Virus genome (UHGV): UHGV-1365321
Origin: a virus
Strand: one strand, 5' to 3'
DNA: 46,520 nt
Part shown: positions 34,988-46,035 of the stretch, piece after piece
Layout of the letters: each line of letters starts with the position of its first letter
Position numbering within the stretch: position 1 is the first letter of the stretch
Translations under genes and position numbers: made by a program
The notes under the pieces: model-generated
The model's input: the letters and a program-made list of their open reading frames with translations, nothing else
What the model was told of the DNA's origin: nothing
Databases searched by the model: none

Positions 34988-35118
34988 CTCTTATCCTCCA
35001 CCACTACGCCAATCTTATCCAGCAACAAAATCGCCTTTACACGGGCCTCCTCATAGGTGTAGCCCTGATCAATGTAAAGGTCGATGTAAAATCTCAAATC
35101 AGCATCAGTCTCGTTCAT
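34984..35118 (-). CDS. 44 aa acidic peptide
   Basis: SD GAGGG, ATGA-coupled. Confidence 0.35.
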   Translation of the reverse strand: MNETDADLRFYIDLYIDQGYTYEEARVKAILLLDKIGVVVEDKR

Positions 35119-35147
35119 ATGTCAAACCCTCAATCACCTTACGCTTT

Positions 35148-35187
35148 CAATCTACGTCAGTTTTGCGCCCCCTGTCAATGGTATAAT
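35148..35187 (+). promoter_or_regulatory. motif CAATCTACGTCA followed by extended -10 TGgTATAAT, upstream of the chaperone/TMP operon
   Basis: Read from the sequence. Confidence 0.5.
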
Positions 35188-35215
35188 TACGTCATTGTGA
35201 AAACAGGATTTAGAC

Positions 35216-35923
35216 ATGAGACAACGCACACCGCTAACAGAAATCGGAGAGATGCGCATCTCCCTGGCTGACAAGTCTTTTTTCTTCAAGCCATCATTTG
35301 CGGCGATGAATGATCTTGGTTCACCGAAAGAGATTGTCGAGCTGTACGCTACGCTTAATGGCTATGAATACGCGGCCATACTTGGCGCTATTCAGTCATT
35401 GCCGTATGGAGCGCAGATTCAGGTGGCAAAAATCCTGTCACGCCCTGCCTATGGTAAGAAAGTGCTCAGCGCCGCCTGCCTCATCATGCAGTCCTGTTGC
35501 GATGATGATATCTCGGTGCTCATTGGGTCATGGAAGCCAACTCCGCGCGGTGTGAAGTACGTCACCGGAAGAATGCCAGTAAATGACATTATTATTATTG
35601 CTCGCAACCTGATGGAGCATGGCATCATCGGCAAGTCTCCACTCAAGGTTCCTCAGCGCTCGGAAAACCAAAAGCGTACAACCAGTGAGTTGAGAATGTC
35701 GGATTACATCATCTCAGCTCGCACCCATTTCGGAATCACCCGTGAGGAAGCTGAAGACCTGACCATGACCGAGTATCAGCAGATGATAAAATCAAAATAC
35801 CCGGAACCTGAAGGCATGACGCGCGAGCAGTATGATGCATCTTATGAGCGGGCCAAGCTGAATAAACAGAAACTGAAAGAGAAAGCCGCCAGAAAGGCCG
35901 CTAAAAGCAAAGGAGAAAAATAA
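35216..35923 (+). CDS. tail assembly chaperone (positional, tentative)
   Basis: 235 aa immediately before the tape measure gene, with a TAATG overlap. Confidence 0.35.
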   Translation: MRQRTPLTEIGEMRISLADKSFFFKPSFAAMNDLGSPKEIVELYATLNGYEYAAILGAIQSLPYGAQIQVAKILSRPAYGKKVLSAACLIMQSCCDDDISVLIGSWKPTPRGVKYVTGRMPVNDIIIIARNLMEHGIIGKSPLKVPQRSENQKRTTSELRMSDYIISARTHFGITREEAEDLTMTEYQQMIKSKYPEPEGMTREQYDASYERAKLNKQKLKEKAARKAAKSKGEK

Positions 35924-38900
35924 TGGCAGAAGAAGTTGGCGGCATTGTCTATGAGGTTGGCATTGATACATCTCAGTTAGCGGCTGGCAGTCGTGAAATA
36001 GAGTCAATGCTAAATGACCTTAGTGGGAACATGGGGCGGCTCGAGGCCAGTGTAAACAGGACGGAGCGCTCTATTGGATCGATGGAACGAACAATGTCCA
36101 GCCTTTCTGGCGTTGCCAAGGGATTGTTCGCGGCGCTTTCTGTGCAACAGGTTGCGAGTTACGCCGATGCCTGGACTGAACTAAATAACAAGGTAGCTAA
36201 CTCGGTTCGTACTGGAGAGACGCAGACCGAAGTTATGCAGCGGATCTTTGATGTTTCACAAGCAACCCAGTCATCCCTTAACGGCACGGCGACTCTTTAC
36301 GCCAGGCTTGAGCGAGGAACCAGAGGGTACAACACCAGTGCGGAAGATCTAGTCCGCCTGACCACTATTATCAACCAGGGATTTGCAGTATCCGGCGCAA
36401 CGGCTCAGGAAGCTGAGAACGCAATCATTCAGCTATCACAGGGTATCGCTTCCGGAGTTCTGCGCGGCGAGGAGTTTAACTCAGTGTCAGAGCAAGGCAG
36501 CCGCCTCATGGTCGCTCTGGCTGATTCGATGGGTGTTTCTATTGGTCAATTAAGGGCTATGGCCGCTCAAGGGCAACTGACAACAGACGTTGTAGTTAAG
36601 GGGCTTCTGTCACAAGGCGATGCAATCGGCAAAGAATTTGCCAACACCACCGTCTCAATCGCCAAGGGATTGCAGGTGGCCGGTAACAACGTAACGAAGT
36701 TCTTTGGCGAAAACTCGACGGTTAAATCATTCGCAGCAGGGTTCCGAGACTCTGTTATTACAATAAGCGAAAACCTTGAGACGCTGAGCGGCGCCCTTAT
36801 CATTGTAGCTGGCGTAATGGGGAGCCGTTATGTTGGCGCGCTGGCAATGTCCACTGCCGCGAAAATATCAGATATAGCAGCATCAAGACAGCAATTAATA
36901 GCTGAGAACCAGCAGGCACAATCAGCACTTGTGGCTGCAAATTCCGCGCAGAGGAAGGCTTTAGCTGATAAAGAGGCGGCGCTATCATCTCTGGCGCTTG
37001 CTCAGGCTGAATATAACGTAGCAAAAGGCAGTGCAGCCGAGATGCTGGCGCTTGATGCTCTGGTTGCAGCAAAATCAAGAGCTAGTGCCGCGTCACTATC
37101 CCTTGCTCAGGCTGAAAACGCACAGGCTACGGCATTAGCGAGAGCAGCATCCGCGGCAAGCGCTGCATCGGTAGGAATTGGCCTTGCCAGAGGTGCTCTT
37201 TCATTGATAGGCGGGCCAGCAGGCGCGGCGATGTTAGCAGCGGGGGCAATATTTTACTTTTGGCAGAAAGCACAGCAAGCCAGAGAAGAAGCAATCCGCT
37301 TTGCCGATAGTCTGGACAAAGTAAACGCCTCAATGAAGGCGATGAATAATACCCAACTCAGGGGGGCGATAGCTGACGCCAATATTTCAATTTCGGCGCA
37401 AAAGGATGCTGTGAGAAATCTGCAAAGTGAAGTTGATGCACTTCGTGAGAGGTATCTTAGCTTCACTCCTGCCGCGCAAGAGGTGGCTGAGTCACTTGGT
37501 CAAGGGTCGCAATTTGCTTCTGATCAGGAAAGGGTGCTCAATGAATTAAATAAAAAATCAAGAGATTTAGCTGATGCTCAGGATAAACTAGCAAGAACTC
37601 AGGACACGGCAGCAGAAGCAAGCAGAACCCTAACAAACAACATGCTTACCTCAATGGGGGTACATGATGGCCTGATTGAGAAAGGCTCGACTCTTGAGAG
37701 AGTGCAGGGGGCGGTGGCAAGAGCATTTGGATTGACTGCCGATGAGATAAACAGAGCAAATCAGGCAGGACAAAACTTCAACCCCAAATCCTTGCAGGTA
37801 TCAGCCCCAACAAAAGAAGCAGATAAGATGATTCTCAGCCTTGAGGAGCAGAATCAGCTTTTAAAAATACAGGATGAAAGACAAAGGGCGGTAACAAAAG
37901 CACGGCTGGAGGCTCAAAAGGTAACTGATAACCCCAATCAGATAGCCAGAGCTGGTGAGCTTGCAGGGCAGATATATGATTTAAATGAGGCCGAGAAAGC
38001 AAGGGAAAAATCGCAAAATGATTCTCAATCAGCGGCCAAAAAAGCAGCCACAGAGCAGGAGAGTATCGCCAATAAACTTGAGCAGCTTCGCCAGAAGTCA
38101 CTGCTTACCGCTGAAAGTACAAGAGAGCTTAGCCGTGAACAGTCAATACTGGCCGCTCAGCAGTCTCTTGGAAAAGGCGCCACTCAGGAGCAAATTAACC
38201 TTGCAGGACAATATGTAGCCAAGGCATGGGATAACGCCAACGCGCTCAAGGCTCAGGCAGAGGCGGAGAAAAAAAGAGCCGAAGCTGTAAAAGGCTTTGC
38301 TGCATTAAAATCGCAGACATCCCCAATGTTTGCCGTTGAAACAAATTATCAGAAAGATTTAGCAGCGCTCAATGCTTACGCGGTAGCTTACCCGCAAAAG
38401 ATAGCGGAGGTTGAGCAGGCTAGAGCAGCTATTGAGGAGCAATACCGCCAGCAGCGCCTTGATGCCATGTGGCAGGAGTGGAGTCAGCAGAATGCGGCTA
38501 CGCAAGCAGCTGCTGCTGCATTTGATGCTTTTGGGCAAATCGCAAGCAACGCCTTAACTGGCGTTCTGACTGGCTCAATGTCTGTTAGCGAGGCGCTACA
38601 GTCAATAGGGAGCAATGTGTTAAATGCGGTTATTAACTCTTTCGTTCAGATGGGTGTGGAGTGGCTTAAATCAGTAATAATGGGACAGGCAGGAATGGCA
38701 GCAGCATCTGCCGCAACCGCCGCTCAGGCGGCAGGAATAGCATCGGCTATGGCGCCAGCAGCAGCGATGACCTCGCTTGCTACATCTGGAGCTAACGCAA
38801 TCCCAGCTCAGGCTGGTATTGCTTCTACGGTTGGTGTGGCTAAAGCAATGTCTGTTGCCGGGGCATTAAAGAATGGTGGCCCTGCGCAGGCTGGCTCAAT

Positions 38901-39204
38901 GTATCAGGTCGGCGAGAATAACCTCCCTGAAATCTTCCAGGCCAGTAATGGTAATCAGTACATGATACCCGGGGACAACGGAAAGGTTATCAGCAACAAA
39001 GACCTTACCGGAGGTGGCAGTGGTATTGTGATTTATAATAGCGTCACAAACTACAGCAGCGGAGCAACAACAACTACCAGTGCCAGAGACAATGGAGATG
39101 GGTCTGTTACAATTGAGACGATTGTGGCAGATATCGAGGCTGGCGGCCCGATATCAAACGCTATTACCAGTCACACCACTGCAACCAGAAGGGCAACAGA
39201 ATAA
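35923..39204 (+). CDS. tail tape measure protein
   Basis: 1093 aa, Ala/Gln-rich with coiled coils; at the expected position. Confidence 0.85.
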   Translation: MAEEVGGIVYEVGIDTSQLAAGSREIESMLNDLSGNMGRLEASVNRTERSIGSMERTMSSLSGVAKGLFAALSVQQVASYADAWTELNNKVANSVRTGETQTEVMQRIFDVSQATQSSLNGTATLYARLERGTRGYNTSAEDLVRLTTIINQGFAVSGATAQEAENAIIQLSQGIASGVLRGEEFNSVSEQGSRLMVALADSMGVSIGQLRAMAAQGQLTTDVVVKGLLSQGDAIGKEFANTTVSIAKGLQVAGNNVTKFFGENSTVKSFAAGFRDSVITISENLETLSGALIIVAGVMGSRYVGALAMSTAAKISDIAASRQQLIAENQQAQSALVAANSAQRKALADKEAALSSLALAQAEYNVAKGSAAEMLALDALVAAKSRASAASLSLAQAENAQATALARAASAASAASVGIGLARGALSLIGGPAGAAMLAAGAIFYFWQKAQQAREEAIRFADSLDKVNASMKAMNNTQLRGAIADANISISAQKDAVRNLQSEVDALRERYLSFTPAAQEVAESLGQGSQFASDQERVLNELNKKSRDLADAQDKLARTQDTAAEASRTLTNNMLTSMGVHDGLIEKGSTLERVQGAVARAFGLTADEINRANQAGQNFNPKSLQVSAPTKEADKMILSLEEQNQLLKIQDERQRAVTKARLEAQKVTDNPNQIARAGELAGQIYDLNEAEKAREKSQNDSQSAAKKAATEQESIANKLEQLRQKSLLTAESTRELSREQSILAAQQSLGKGATQEQINLAGQYVAKAWDNANALKAQAEAEKKRAEAVKGFAALKSQTSPMFAVETNYQKDLAALNAYAVAYPQKIAEVEQARAAIEEQYRQQRLDAMWQEWSQQNAATQAAAAAFDAFGQIASNALTGVLTGSMSVSEALQSIGSNVLNAVINSFVQMGVEWLKSVIMGQAGMAAASAATAAQAAGIASAMAPAAAMTSLATSGANAIPAQAGIASTVGVAKAMSVAGALKNGGPAQAGSMYQVGENNLPEIFQASNGNQYMIPGDNGKVISNKDLTGGGSGIVIYNSVTNYSSGATTTTSARDNGDGSVTIETIVADIEAGGPISNAITSHTTATRRATE

Positions 39205-39674
39205 TGGCTATAGCTTATCCATCATGGCTACCGCTTGCGCAGCGGGCCAGTAAAAACATGACCACTCAGACCACCTTCCGCAGCGATCAGCCTGCGGTTG
39301 GGGCGCCAATATTTCAAAAGTTAACGACAGATGTTGCAGTAACATGGAGTTTGACATGGGTTTTCACGCTCAGGCAGGAGCGGGCATTTATGCAGTGGTT
39401 GAGAAGCCCAAATTATCTCAACAAGTGCAATGAATGGTTCACGATGGATATCGATCTTGGTGGCAGCGGATTACAGAATCAGACTTTGCACTTTACTGAT
39501 TACCCCGTGCAGACAAGCATCAATGGCGGTATCGTCACATGGACTGGAAATGTCATCTGTAAAACCCTCAATAACTCCATGGATGAGTTTGATGATGTGC
39601 TTGTTGAGCTTGATGAGAGATGGTATTCATGGATCGATGAAGTCGTTAACAGGGATTTGCCGGAGTATCCATAA
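39204..39674 (+). CDS. minor tail protein (lambda M-like position)
   Basis: 156 aa ORF. Confidence 0.5.
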   Translation: MAIAYPSWLPLAQRASKNMTTQTTFRSDQPAVGAPIFQKLTTDVAVTWSLTWVFTLRQERAFMQWLRSPNYLNKCNEWFTMDIDLGGSGLQNQTLHFTDYPVQTSINGGIVTWTGNVICKTLNNSMDEFDDVLVELDERWYSWIDEVVNRDLPEYP

Positions 39675-40144
39675 TGCCAACATTGCGTGAATACCAGTCA
39701 AAAAGGCCAAACTGGAAGCTGTATGACACCATAACCTTTTATCATTCTTCATTTGGTTACGTCCGGCTAGTTGGCAACGAGTTTTCTGATATTGTACTTG
39801 GCGGCCAGACTTACCAGCCAGTGCGCATGGATGTAACCAGAAGCCAGCAGTCAAACACGCCGGTAATCAATGCCACTCTGAAGTTTGCAAGACTGGCAAA
39901 TGACTTTAAGCAATATTTAAAGTTATGGTCAGGCTCTGGACGCATTGAACCTATCACTGCGTTATACCAGCGTTTTGACGAGACCGACAAAGACACACCA
40001 TTAAAACCATATACGCTTTATGTGAACGATGTGACGCTTGATCAGTCTGATGTAACTGTCTCCATCTCCATAAAAAACCCAATCAATGGCAACGTGGCAA
40101 AACTTTATGACATCACAGAATTCCCCGGATTGCGTACCGTTTGA
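39674..40144 (+). CDS. minor tail protein (lambda L-like position)
   Basis: 156 aa ORF. Confidence 0.5.
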   Translation: MPTLREYQSKRPNWKLYDTITFYHSSFGYVRLVGNEFSDIVLGGQTYQPVRMDVTRSQQSNTPVINATLKFARLANDFKQYLKLWSGSGRIEPITALYQRFDETDKDTPLKPYTLYVNDVTLDQSDVTVSISIKNPINGNVAKLYDITEFPGLRTV

Positions 40145-40157
40145 CTATTTTGAGAGG

Positions 40158-40565
40158 ATGATGCTTGGCAAGCCATACGTCGACAGGTGTTGTCACGTTG
40201 ACGCGGTGGACTGCTGGGGTCTGGTGGTGCTGTTCTATCGCCTGTGCATGAATGTCAATGTTCATCACGATGATTCATATTCAAGTGGCGGCGATTTTGT
40301 CACTTGTTTCAATGGAGAAGTTTCATTCTGGAAAGATACCGAACAACCAAAAGTTGGCGATGTGGTGGTTGCTTATCGCGGGAGTCATCCGGTACATGTC
40401 GCGCTGTGGTGGGGTCGTGATAAAATACTGCATGCGCGAGAGAAAACGGCAGTCAAGACAGACCGCCTTAAAACACTCGAAAAATTATCAACAAAATTAA
40501 GGTTCCTGACTTATGCCGGTTATTCACATTCAGAAGATGCCAGGAGTTCCAAAAGAGACGGGTAA
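40158..40565 (+). CDS. tail tip NlpC/P60-family peptidase (lambda K-like)
   Basis: DCWGLVV Cys motif with downstream His; the internal ATG at 40158 is preferred. Confidence 0.6.
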   Translation: MMLGKPYVDRCCHVDAVDCWGLVVLFYRLCMNVNVHHDDSYSSGGDFVTCFNGEVSFWKDTEQPKVGDVVVAYRGSHPVHVALWWGRDKILHAREKTAVKTDRLKTLEKLSTKLRFLTYAGYSHSEDARSSKRDG

Positions 40566-42993
40566 TGTTCCTGCTGGCACTAATCTGTGGAGATGGCTGG
40601 AGAATTCCGGCCTTCCATCTGACATCAGGATTGCGCTGAATGGCCGCATTTTTGGACCTGATGATGAATTATCGATATCGTTAAAACAAAACGATATTGT
40701 TAACATTTACTGCCAGCCTCGCGGCGCCATTGGCGACCTTATCAGCACGATACTCAAGCCTGTAACTAAGGTTCTTTCTTTTCTGCTGCCAAAAGCATCA
40801 ACGCCATCAACAAGCACTGGCGCGACGGTTGAATCACCCAACAACAGCCTGAAATCGCAAACCAATATTGCACGTAACGGAGAGGCAAGACCTGACAACT
40901 TCGGTCAAATAAGGGCATTCCCTGACCTCATTCAGGAATCTCTTTTTGAATACATTGACGATCTGAAGTACGTAACTGAGTTCATGAATTTTGGACTTGG
41001 GAAATACACCATTTCATCGGTTAGATATGCAGAAACAAACCTCGGGTCTCTGCCCGGAGCCACTCATGTCATCTACAATCCAGGTGATGTGATTGGACAA
41101 ATCATTGAGCCTTACCAGTTCGACGGACTTGACGGTCAGGAGGTTCCAGGACTGAACGAATCAGAAGATACCCCGATAGAGACAGCGACCACAACATCTG
41201 GTACCAGTGGTGATTATGCTGGCGGACAGTTGTTAATGGTCATACCAAAAAACACTGATTTCGATTATTTTATGGGGTTGTCTTTGCCTCACTCAGTGTC
41301 ATTAACAATAAATATTACCTACAACTCGACATCCGGGCCAGTTACTGAAAACATTCAGCTTAGTGGCAATATCATTTCAGCTGAGGAAACTGAAACTGGC
41401 GTCATTCCTGATATTCAGTATTTCTATAATTTCACCTTCAATAACCTGACCGGCGCAAATCTTGGCAACCTGACAGGAGCAACCATCAACAACACTTATT
41501 TTCAGATTGTGGATAATGAGGCACTTGTTGTTGGCCCATATGTTGGGGCTGTGGAATCAACGCAGGTTTGGGTTCACGTTCAGTCTGAGCTTGGGCCGAC
41601 CAGTGGCACAGCAGATTATCTGATCAAGGTATGGGCGGTTGATGACAATGGGGATGCCATTCCAGGAACTGAGGAGCAGCTTGCAGACAGTATTGACAAC
41701 CCATTCAATCAGACAACCAAAACCTATTATCGCACGTATAAGTTAACTCCTGCTCATGGGCTGGCTAAGTATGCCATCAGCATTGAAAGGACAAACAACT
41801 CAAACTCTGGCAACCGCGTAACGTTGCAGGCGGCGCATGCCATCAATATCCGTGAAAACGTGGTTTATCCAGATGACACTCTGGTTAAAGTGACAGTGAA
41901 GGCCACGCTTCAGCCCACATCAGTTACTGAGCGCAAATATAATGCGCTGATTACCCGATGGACTATTGGATACAACAGAACAACCGGGACAGTCGACTAT
42001 ACGTTAACTCCATCAAGAAGTTTTGCAGATTCAGTACTGCATAACTGGCTTATTACTGCTGGTCAGCCTGAAAGCACCATTGATATAGGCAGGCTCTATG
42101 AAATAGCTGATGCGCTGCCTGATGCGCGCCTTGGGTATTTTGATTACACCTTTGACGATGAGGATAAGTCCATTGGTGAGCGAATTCAGACCATCTGTGA
42201 TGCAGCTCGCGTGACGGTGTTTTGGGATGATGGCGTCTTATCGTTTTCAAGGGATGAGCAAAAATCAGCCCCTGAAACTGTGTTTAATACCAGAAACACG
42301 CAGGCTGATGGCTATAAAATGTCTTATGACATGACTTTGCCAGGGGCATATGATGGCGTAAGCGTTCAGTACCGCGACCCAAACACCAACAAACAGGCTT
42401 ACGTTTATTATAAAGTTGGCGCTTCTGGTATCGAACCTGGGGAGCCAACTAAACCGAAAAAATTCGACATGCTATACGTTCGAAATCTGTATCAGGCAAC
42501 AGACCGAGCCATGCTTGAGTGCAATCGTTTGATGTACTCACGTCGCGGAATGGAGATAAAAGCGCTTGCTGATGGCGAGTGGGTGAACGTTGGCGATATG
42601 ATTTCTGTTGTCGACATTTATGATTCGGTACAGCAAACAGGCGTTATCCGTTCAAGGTCTGGAAACGTATTTACCACCAGTGAACAGATCACGGCGGGAA
42701 GTGGCCTGTTTGTGGTTATAACCGGCGCCAATGGGAATGTGTCAGAACGCCTGGCTTGTACGGTTACTGGATTGAATACATTCGAGTGTGCACTACCATC
42801 TGACTTCGAGTTAAACATTTTTGACGGTGTTAATGTTCAGTCAGAATCAAGATATGCCATCTCCACAGAGGTTGAGCTTGACTCAACGTTATGGACAGTC
42901 AGCCAGAAAACTCCAGGCACAGATGGCACAGTTTCTCTCACCGTAACCGAATACAACGATGCCATGTACGCCTACACCAACCCTGTTGCGTGA
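40513..42993 (+). CDS. tail tip / central fibre protein (lambda I/J-like fusion, tentative)
   Basis: 826 aa; the N-terminus resembles a gpI ubiquitin-like region. Confidence 0.5.
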   Translation: MPVIHIQKMPGVPKETGNVPAGTNLWRWLENSGLPSDIRIALNGRIFGPDDELSISLKQNDIVNIYCQPRGAIGDLISTILKPVTKVLSFLLPKASTPSTSTGATVESPNNSLKSQTNIARNGEARPDNFGQIRAFPDLIQESLFEYIDDLKYVTEFMNFGLGKYTISSVRYAETNLGSLPGATHVIYNPGDVIGQIIEPYQFDGLDGQEVPGLNESEDTPIETATTTSGTSGDYAGGQLLMVIPKNTDFDYFMGLSLPHSVSLTINITYNSTSGPVTENIQLSGNIISAEETETGVIPDIQYFYNFTFNNLTGANLGNLTGATINNTYFQIVDNEALVVGPYVGAVESTQVWVHVQSELGPTSGTADYLIKVWAVDDNGDAIPGTEEQLADSIDNPFNQTTKTYYRTYKLTPAHGLAKYAISIERTNNSNSGNRVTLQAAHAINIRENVVYPDDTLVKVTVKATLQPTSVTERKYNALITRWTIGYNRTTGTVDYTLTPSRSFADSVLHNWLITAGQPESTIDIGRLYEIADALPDARLGYFDYTFDDEDKSIGERIQTICDAARVTVFWDDGVLSFSRDEQKSAPETVFNTRNTQADGYKMSYDMTLPGAYDGVSVQYRDPNTNKQAYVYYKVGASGIEPGEPTKPKKFDMLYVRNLYQATDRAMLECNRLMYSRRGMEIKALADGEWVNVGDMISVVDIYDSVQQTGVIRSRSGNVFTTSEQITAGSGLFVVITGANGNVSERLACTVTGLNTFECALPSDFELNIFDGVNVQSESRYAISTEVELDSTLWTVSQKTPGTDGTVSLTVTEYNDAMYAYTNPVA

Positions 42994-43031
42994 TACAATA
43001 GGGCAATTAATGATTACGGAGATTGAAGCCG

Positions 43032-45014
43032 ATGGCTACCACCCCAACTAACAATGCAATCCCCTCTGAAGACCCGCGTGACCTGAAGTTTAACGCAGGG
43101 AAGATTGATGAAGAGGTCAATGGCAGTGCTGATTACTACACCGACCGATTCGATGTGCAGAGACTGACGAATACCGGTAGGAATAAACAGTTTCAGGATG
43201 CGCAGACTCAAAGGGAATATGATTTTCAGCAATTTCTCTTAAACTCTGGTTATCAGTTTTTAGGAGATTATGAAAACGGGCCTTATACAATTGCCGCTCG
43301 TAATCAGATTATTCGTTATCAGAATGAGTTTTGGCGTTTAAATGCTGCCACTAACCCACCATATACAACCACTGGTATTAATAGTGCATCTTGGGCTACT
43401 GATGTTACGCATCTTGTAAGTGTTGGCGATGCTAATTTAAGGCAGGAATTATCTTCCTCTGTAATACCGGGAACTTCATTAGTAACCCACTCTGATGGTA
43501 TACAGCTTGATGATTATATAGAGATTTTTAACAGAAGAACTAAGTTTATAATGCCGGAGGATTTACCAGGCACTGACACAGAACAGCTCCAGTCGGCGCT
43601 ATCTTATGCGAAGTCCAACAAAGTCAATGTGGTGTTACAGGCGGGGAAAACCTATTATGTAACTGGGTCGCAAGGTTTGGAAGTAGATTTAGGGTACTAT
43701 TCTTTCGAGAGCCCCAATGGCATCGCCTATATTGACTTTACAGGTTGTACTGCCCCTTACTGTTTATGGGTTCATTCCAGTCGCCCATATCCTGCTGGGT
43801 CAGAGAACCACTGTACATCCATGCGTGGTATAAAAGTCAAAGGTGCGATTCAAAACATTGGTCAGCGGTTGCTGCTAACTGGAAACAATAACGATTCCAG
43901 CAACGGCACCTATAATGGCGACTGTAAGATCGAAAACTGCATGTTTTCCACTGCTGATATCGTTTTAGGGGGCTCCAATAGTACCTGGCGTTATAAATTC
44001 ATCAATTGTGGATTCATGATGGAGTCAACCGGAGGCACATATGCGATGCACTTCCCAGCCGGCCTTTCGGACTCCGGAGAGTCAATTACTTTCCAAAATT
44101 GCAAAATATTCGACATGAAAGGATGTCCGATACTTGTGGAATGTGCGAGTTTTGCCATTGGGATGCCTGGCACATCGGTATTGAATACCCCGATTAAGAT
44201 AACTGGTAACGGTGCCATGGTCATCTTGGATTCGGCGGCTAATATTGAAAATCCAGGGGCGTCAGCGTGGTATCGCTACGGGGAAGTAACAGGAATTGCG
44301 GCGCGACTCATCCTTAATGGGTGTACACTTGTGTGTAACAACCCGTCGCTGCAAACGAGACCACTATTCCACGTGGGGGCAAACGCCCTCATCGATGTAA
44401 CCCTTGTTAAAACACCAGGAAATGATTATCTCTTTCAGAATGGAGACGAAGGATTAAGAACTTTTGTTGAGGGAGATGGGTATGTTACCGCAAGTCATTG
44501 TATAGGAGATATCTTGTCCGGGGTGGGAAATATTCCACTCCATAAATCCCTTAACCCAACATTGAATCCCGGATTTGAGACAGGGGATTTATCATCGTGG
44601 ACATTTAATAATCAGGGTTCTGCCAGTCAAACATGTGTAGTTGGTACAGCATATAAGAAAACAGGAACTTATGGTGCGAGAATGACATCGTTCGGGTCGT
44701 TAAGTTGTTTCTTATCTCAAAAGGTAAAAGTAACACAGCATGGTTATTACTCGACAACGTGTCAAATCAATACAATAACGGCTGGAACAGGAACAACAGC
44801 AGGGGCGTTAACCGTTACATTTTACGATAGGGCTGGCAACCCCCTCCAATCAGGTGCAAGTAGTAATTTTACTAACACCCCGAGCGGATGGCAATCTGTA
44901 GGACGGTTCATACAGGGTCGCGTGCCACAAGCCGCTGAGTACTGCGAAGTATCTATCCGCTGCCGTGAAGGTGCGGTGATCGACGTCGATAATTTCATTA
45001 TTAATTTTACATAG
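43032..45014 (+). CDS. tailspike / receptor-binding protein with C-terminal CBM4/9-like domain
   Basis: 661 aa. Middle region is beta-helix-like (NCMFSTADI, Gly/Asn-rich); the C-terminus NPGFETGDLSSWTF...GTYGARMTS is a CBM-like signature. Confidence 0.6.
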   Translation: MATTPTNNAIPSEDPRDLKFNAGKIDEEVNGSADYYTDRFDVQRLTNTGRNKQFQDAQTQREYDFQQFLLNSGYQFLGDYENGPYTIAARNQIIRYQNEFWRLNAATNPPYTTTGINSASWATDVTHLVSVGDANLRQELSSSVIPGTSLVTHSDGIQLDDYIEIFNRRTKFIMPEDLPGTDTEQLQSALSYAKSNKVNVVLQAGKTYYVTGSQGLEVDLGYYSFESPNGIAYIDFTGCTAPYCLWVHSSRPYPAGSENHCTSMRGIKVKGAIQNIGQRLLLTGNNNDSSNGTYNGDCKIENCMFSTADIVLGGSNSTWRYKFINCGFMMESTGGTYAMHFPAGLSDSGESITFQNCKIFDMKGCPILVECASFAIGMPGTSVLNTPIKITGNGAMVILDSAANIENPGASAWYRYGEVTGIAARLILNGCTLVCNNPSLQTRPLFHVGANALIDVTLVKTPGNDYLFQNGDEGLRTFVEGDGYVTASHCIGDILSGVGNIPLHKSLNPTLNPGFETGDLSSWTFNNQGSASQTCVVGTAYKKTGTYGARMTSFGSLSCFLSQKVKVTQHGYYSTTCQINTITAGTGTTAGALTVTFYDRAGNPLQSGASSNFTNTPSGWQSVGRFIQGRVPQAAEYCEVSIRCREGAVIDVDNFIINFT

Positions 45015-45023
45015 AGGTGTTAA

Positions 45024-45197
45024 ATGTTAAAAGTAAATGTGTGGTTTATGACAACTGACGCTCTTCCGGTTACAGTGGAAATAGATGATGGCGGCTCATC
45101 GTTTTCCGACGAAATTGAAAAACAAGATTATGTGTTAGATTACTTAATGAACAATGGGTTTTCTGACAAAGAAGAATTGACATTTAAAATAGTTTAA
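45024..45197 (+). CDS. 57 aa acidic hypothetical protein in the low-GC island
   Basis: SD AGAGGTG; about 35% GC. Confidence 0.4.
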   Translation: MLKVNVWFMTTDALPVTVEIDDGGSSFSDEIEKQDYVLDYLMNNGFSDKEELTFKIV

Positions 45198-45221
45198 GGG
45201 GCTTGCGCCCCTTTTATTTTA
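45196..45221 (+). terminator. rho-independent terminator ending the late operon
   Basis: AAGGGGC-TTGC-GCCCCTT followed by TTTATTTT. Confidence 0.8.
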
Positions 45222-45236
45222 AATTTTTGCATTATG

Positions 45237-45256
45237 ATTTAGCATTAATGCTAAAT
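45237..45256. promoter_or_regulatory. perfect 20 bp palindrome ATTTAGCATTAATGCTAAAT
   Basis: Read from the sequence. Confidence 0.5.
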
Positions 45257-45425
45257 TTACGCAAAAATCTAGCACCTTGCGCATTTCGTTCCATGTCTAT
45301 ACGGTCTTTTTGCGCTGGAAAAATTTCCAGGGGTCTAATTCAATATCAAACTCTGAATAAACATCGAAACATAAAACTTTATCATTTTTGAATTCCTTTG
45401 CGATAACTAGTGTTGTATCAGGCCC

Positions 45426-45457
45426 TGGCAATCCGTATATGTATAATTACGGATTGC
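45426..45457. promoter_or_regulatory. 11 bp perfect inverted repeat GGCAATCCGTA-(TATGTATAAT)-TACGGATTGCC enclosing a TATAAT hexamer
   Basis: Read from the sequence. Confidence 0.5.
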
Positions 45458-45522
45458 CTAAAATTACATCAACACCATGTTCATCTTTCATAGTCATATA
45501 CCTTATGTTGTTTTTTGAAAAC

Positions 45523-46026
45523 TCAAAACGGAATATCATCGTCAAAATCCATCGGCGGCTCGTTTGCCGGTGTTTTTTGTGTGCTTGATGGTTGATGAGG
45601 TTTACCCCATCCTGACTGCTGATTGCTTCCTGATTGTTGTCGCTGCTGTGATTGTTGGTTTCCATTATCACTTGATTTACCACCAATCATTTGCATAACG
45701 CCGTTCATCGGCTGCAAGACAATTTCAGTAGTGTATTTTTCAACACCGCTTTGATCTGTCCATTTTCGAGTGCGTAATTTACCCTCTATGTATACCTGAG
45801 AGCCTTTGCGCAGGTATTCGCCAGCCACCTCTGCCAGCTTTCCGAAGATAACAACGCGATGCCATTCAGTTTGCTCTTTCTTTTCACCTGTGGCCTTGTC
45901 ATTCCACTGTTCTGATGTTGCCAGAGAAAGATTGCACACAGCGCCGCCAGATGGCATATATTTAACTTCCGGGTCTTGTCCAAGAGTGCCCAAAATGATT
46001 ACTTTGTTGATTCCGCGAGAGGCCAT
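45523..46026 (-). CDS. ssb: single-stranded DNA-binding protein
   Basis: 167 aa; OB-fold N-terminus, Gly/Gln-rich linker and the canonical acidic tail DFDDDIPF. Confidence 0.95.
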   Translation of the reverse strand: MASRGINKVIILGTLGQDPEVKYMPSGGAVCNLSLATSEQWNDKATGEKKEQTEWHRVVIFGKLAEVAGEYLRKGSQVYIEGKLRTRKWTDQSGVEKYTTEIVLQPMNGVMQMIGGKSSDNGNQQSQQRQQSGSNQQSGWGKPHQPSSTQKTPANEPPMDFDDDIPF

Positions 46027-46035
46027 AATTTACCC

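Noticed and set aside
36567-38101. Multiple 60-90 aa ORFs on the minus strand inside the tape measure gene
   Set aside because: Antisense shadow ORFs inside a 1093 aa gene, with Leu/Pro-rich composition and no RBS.
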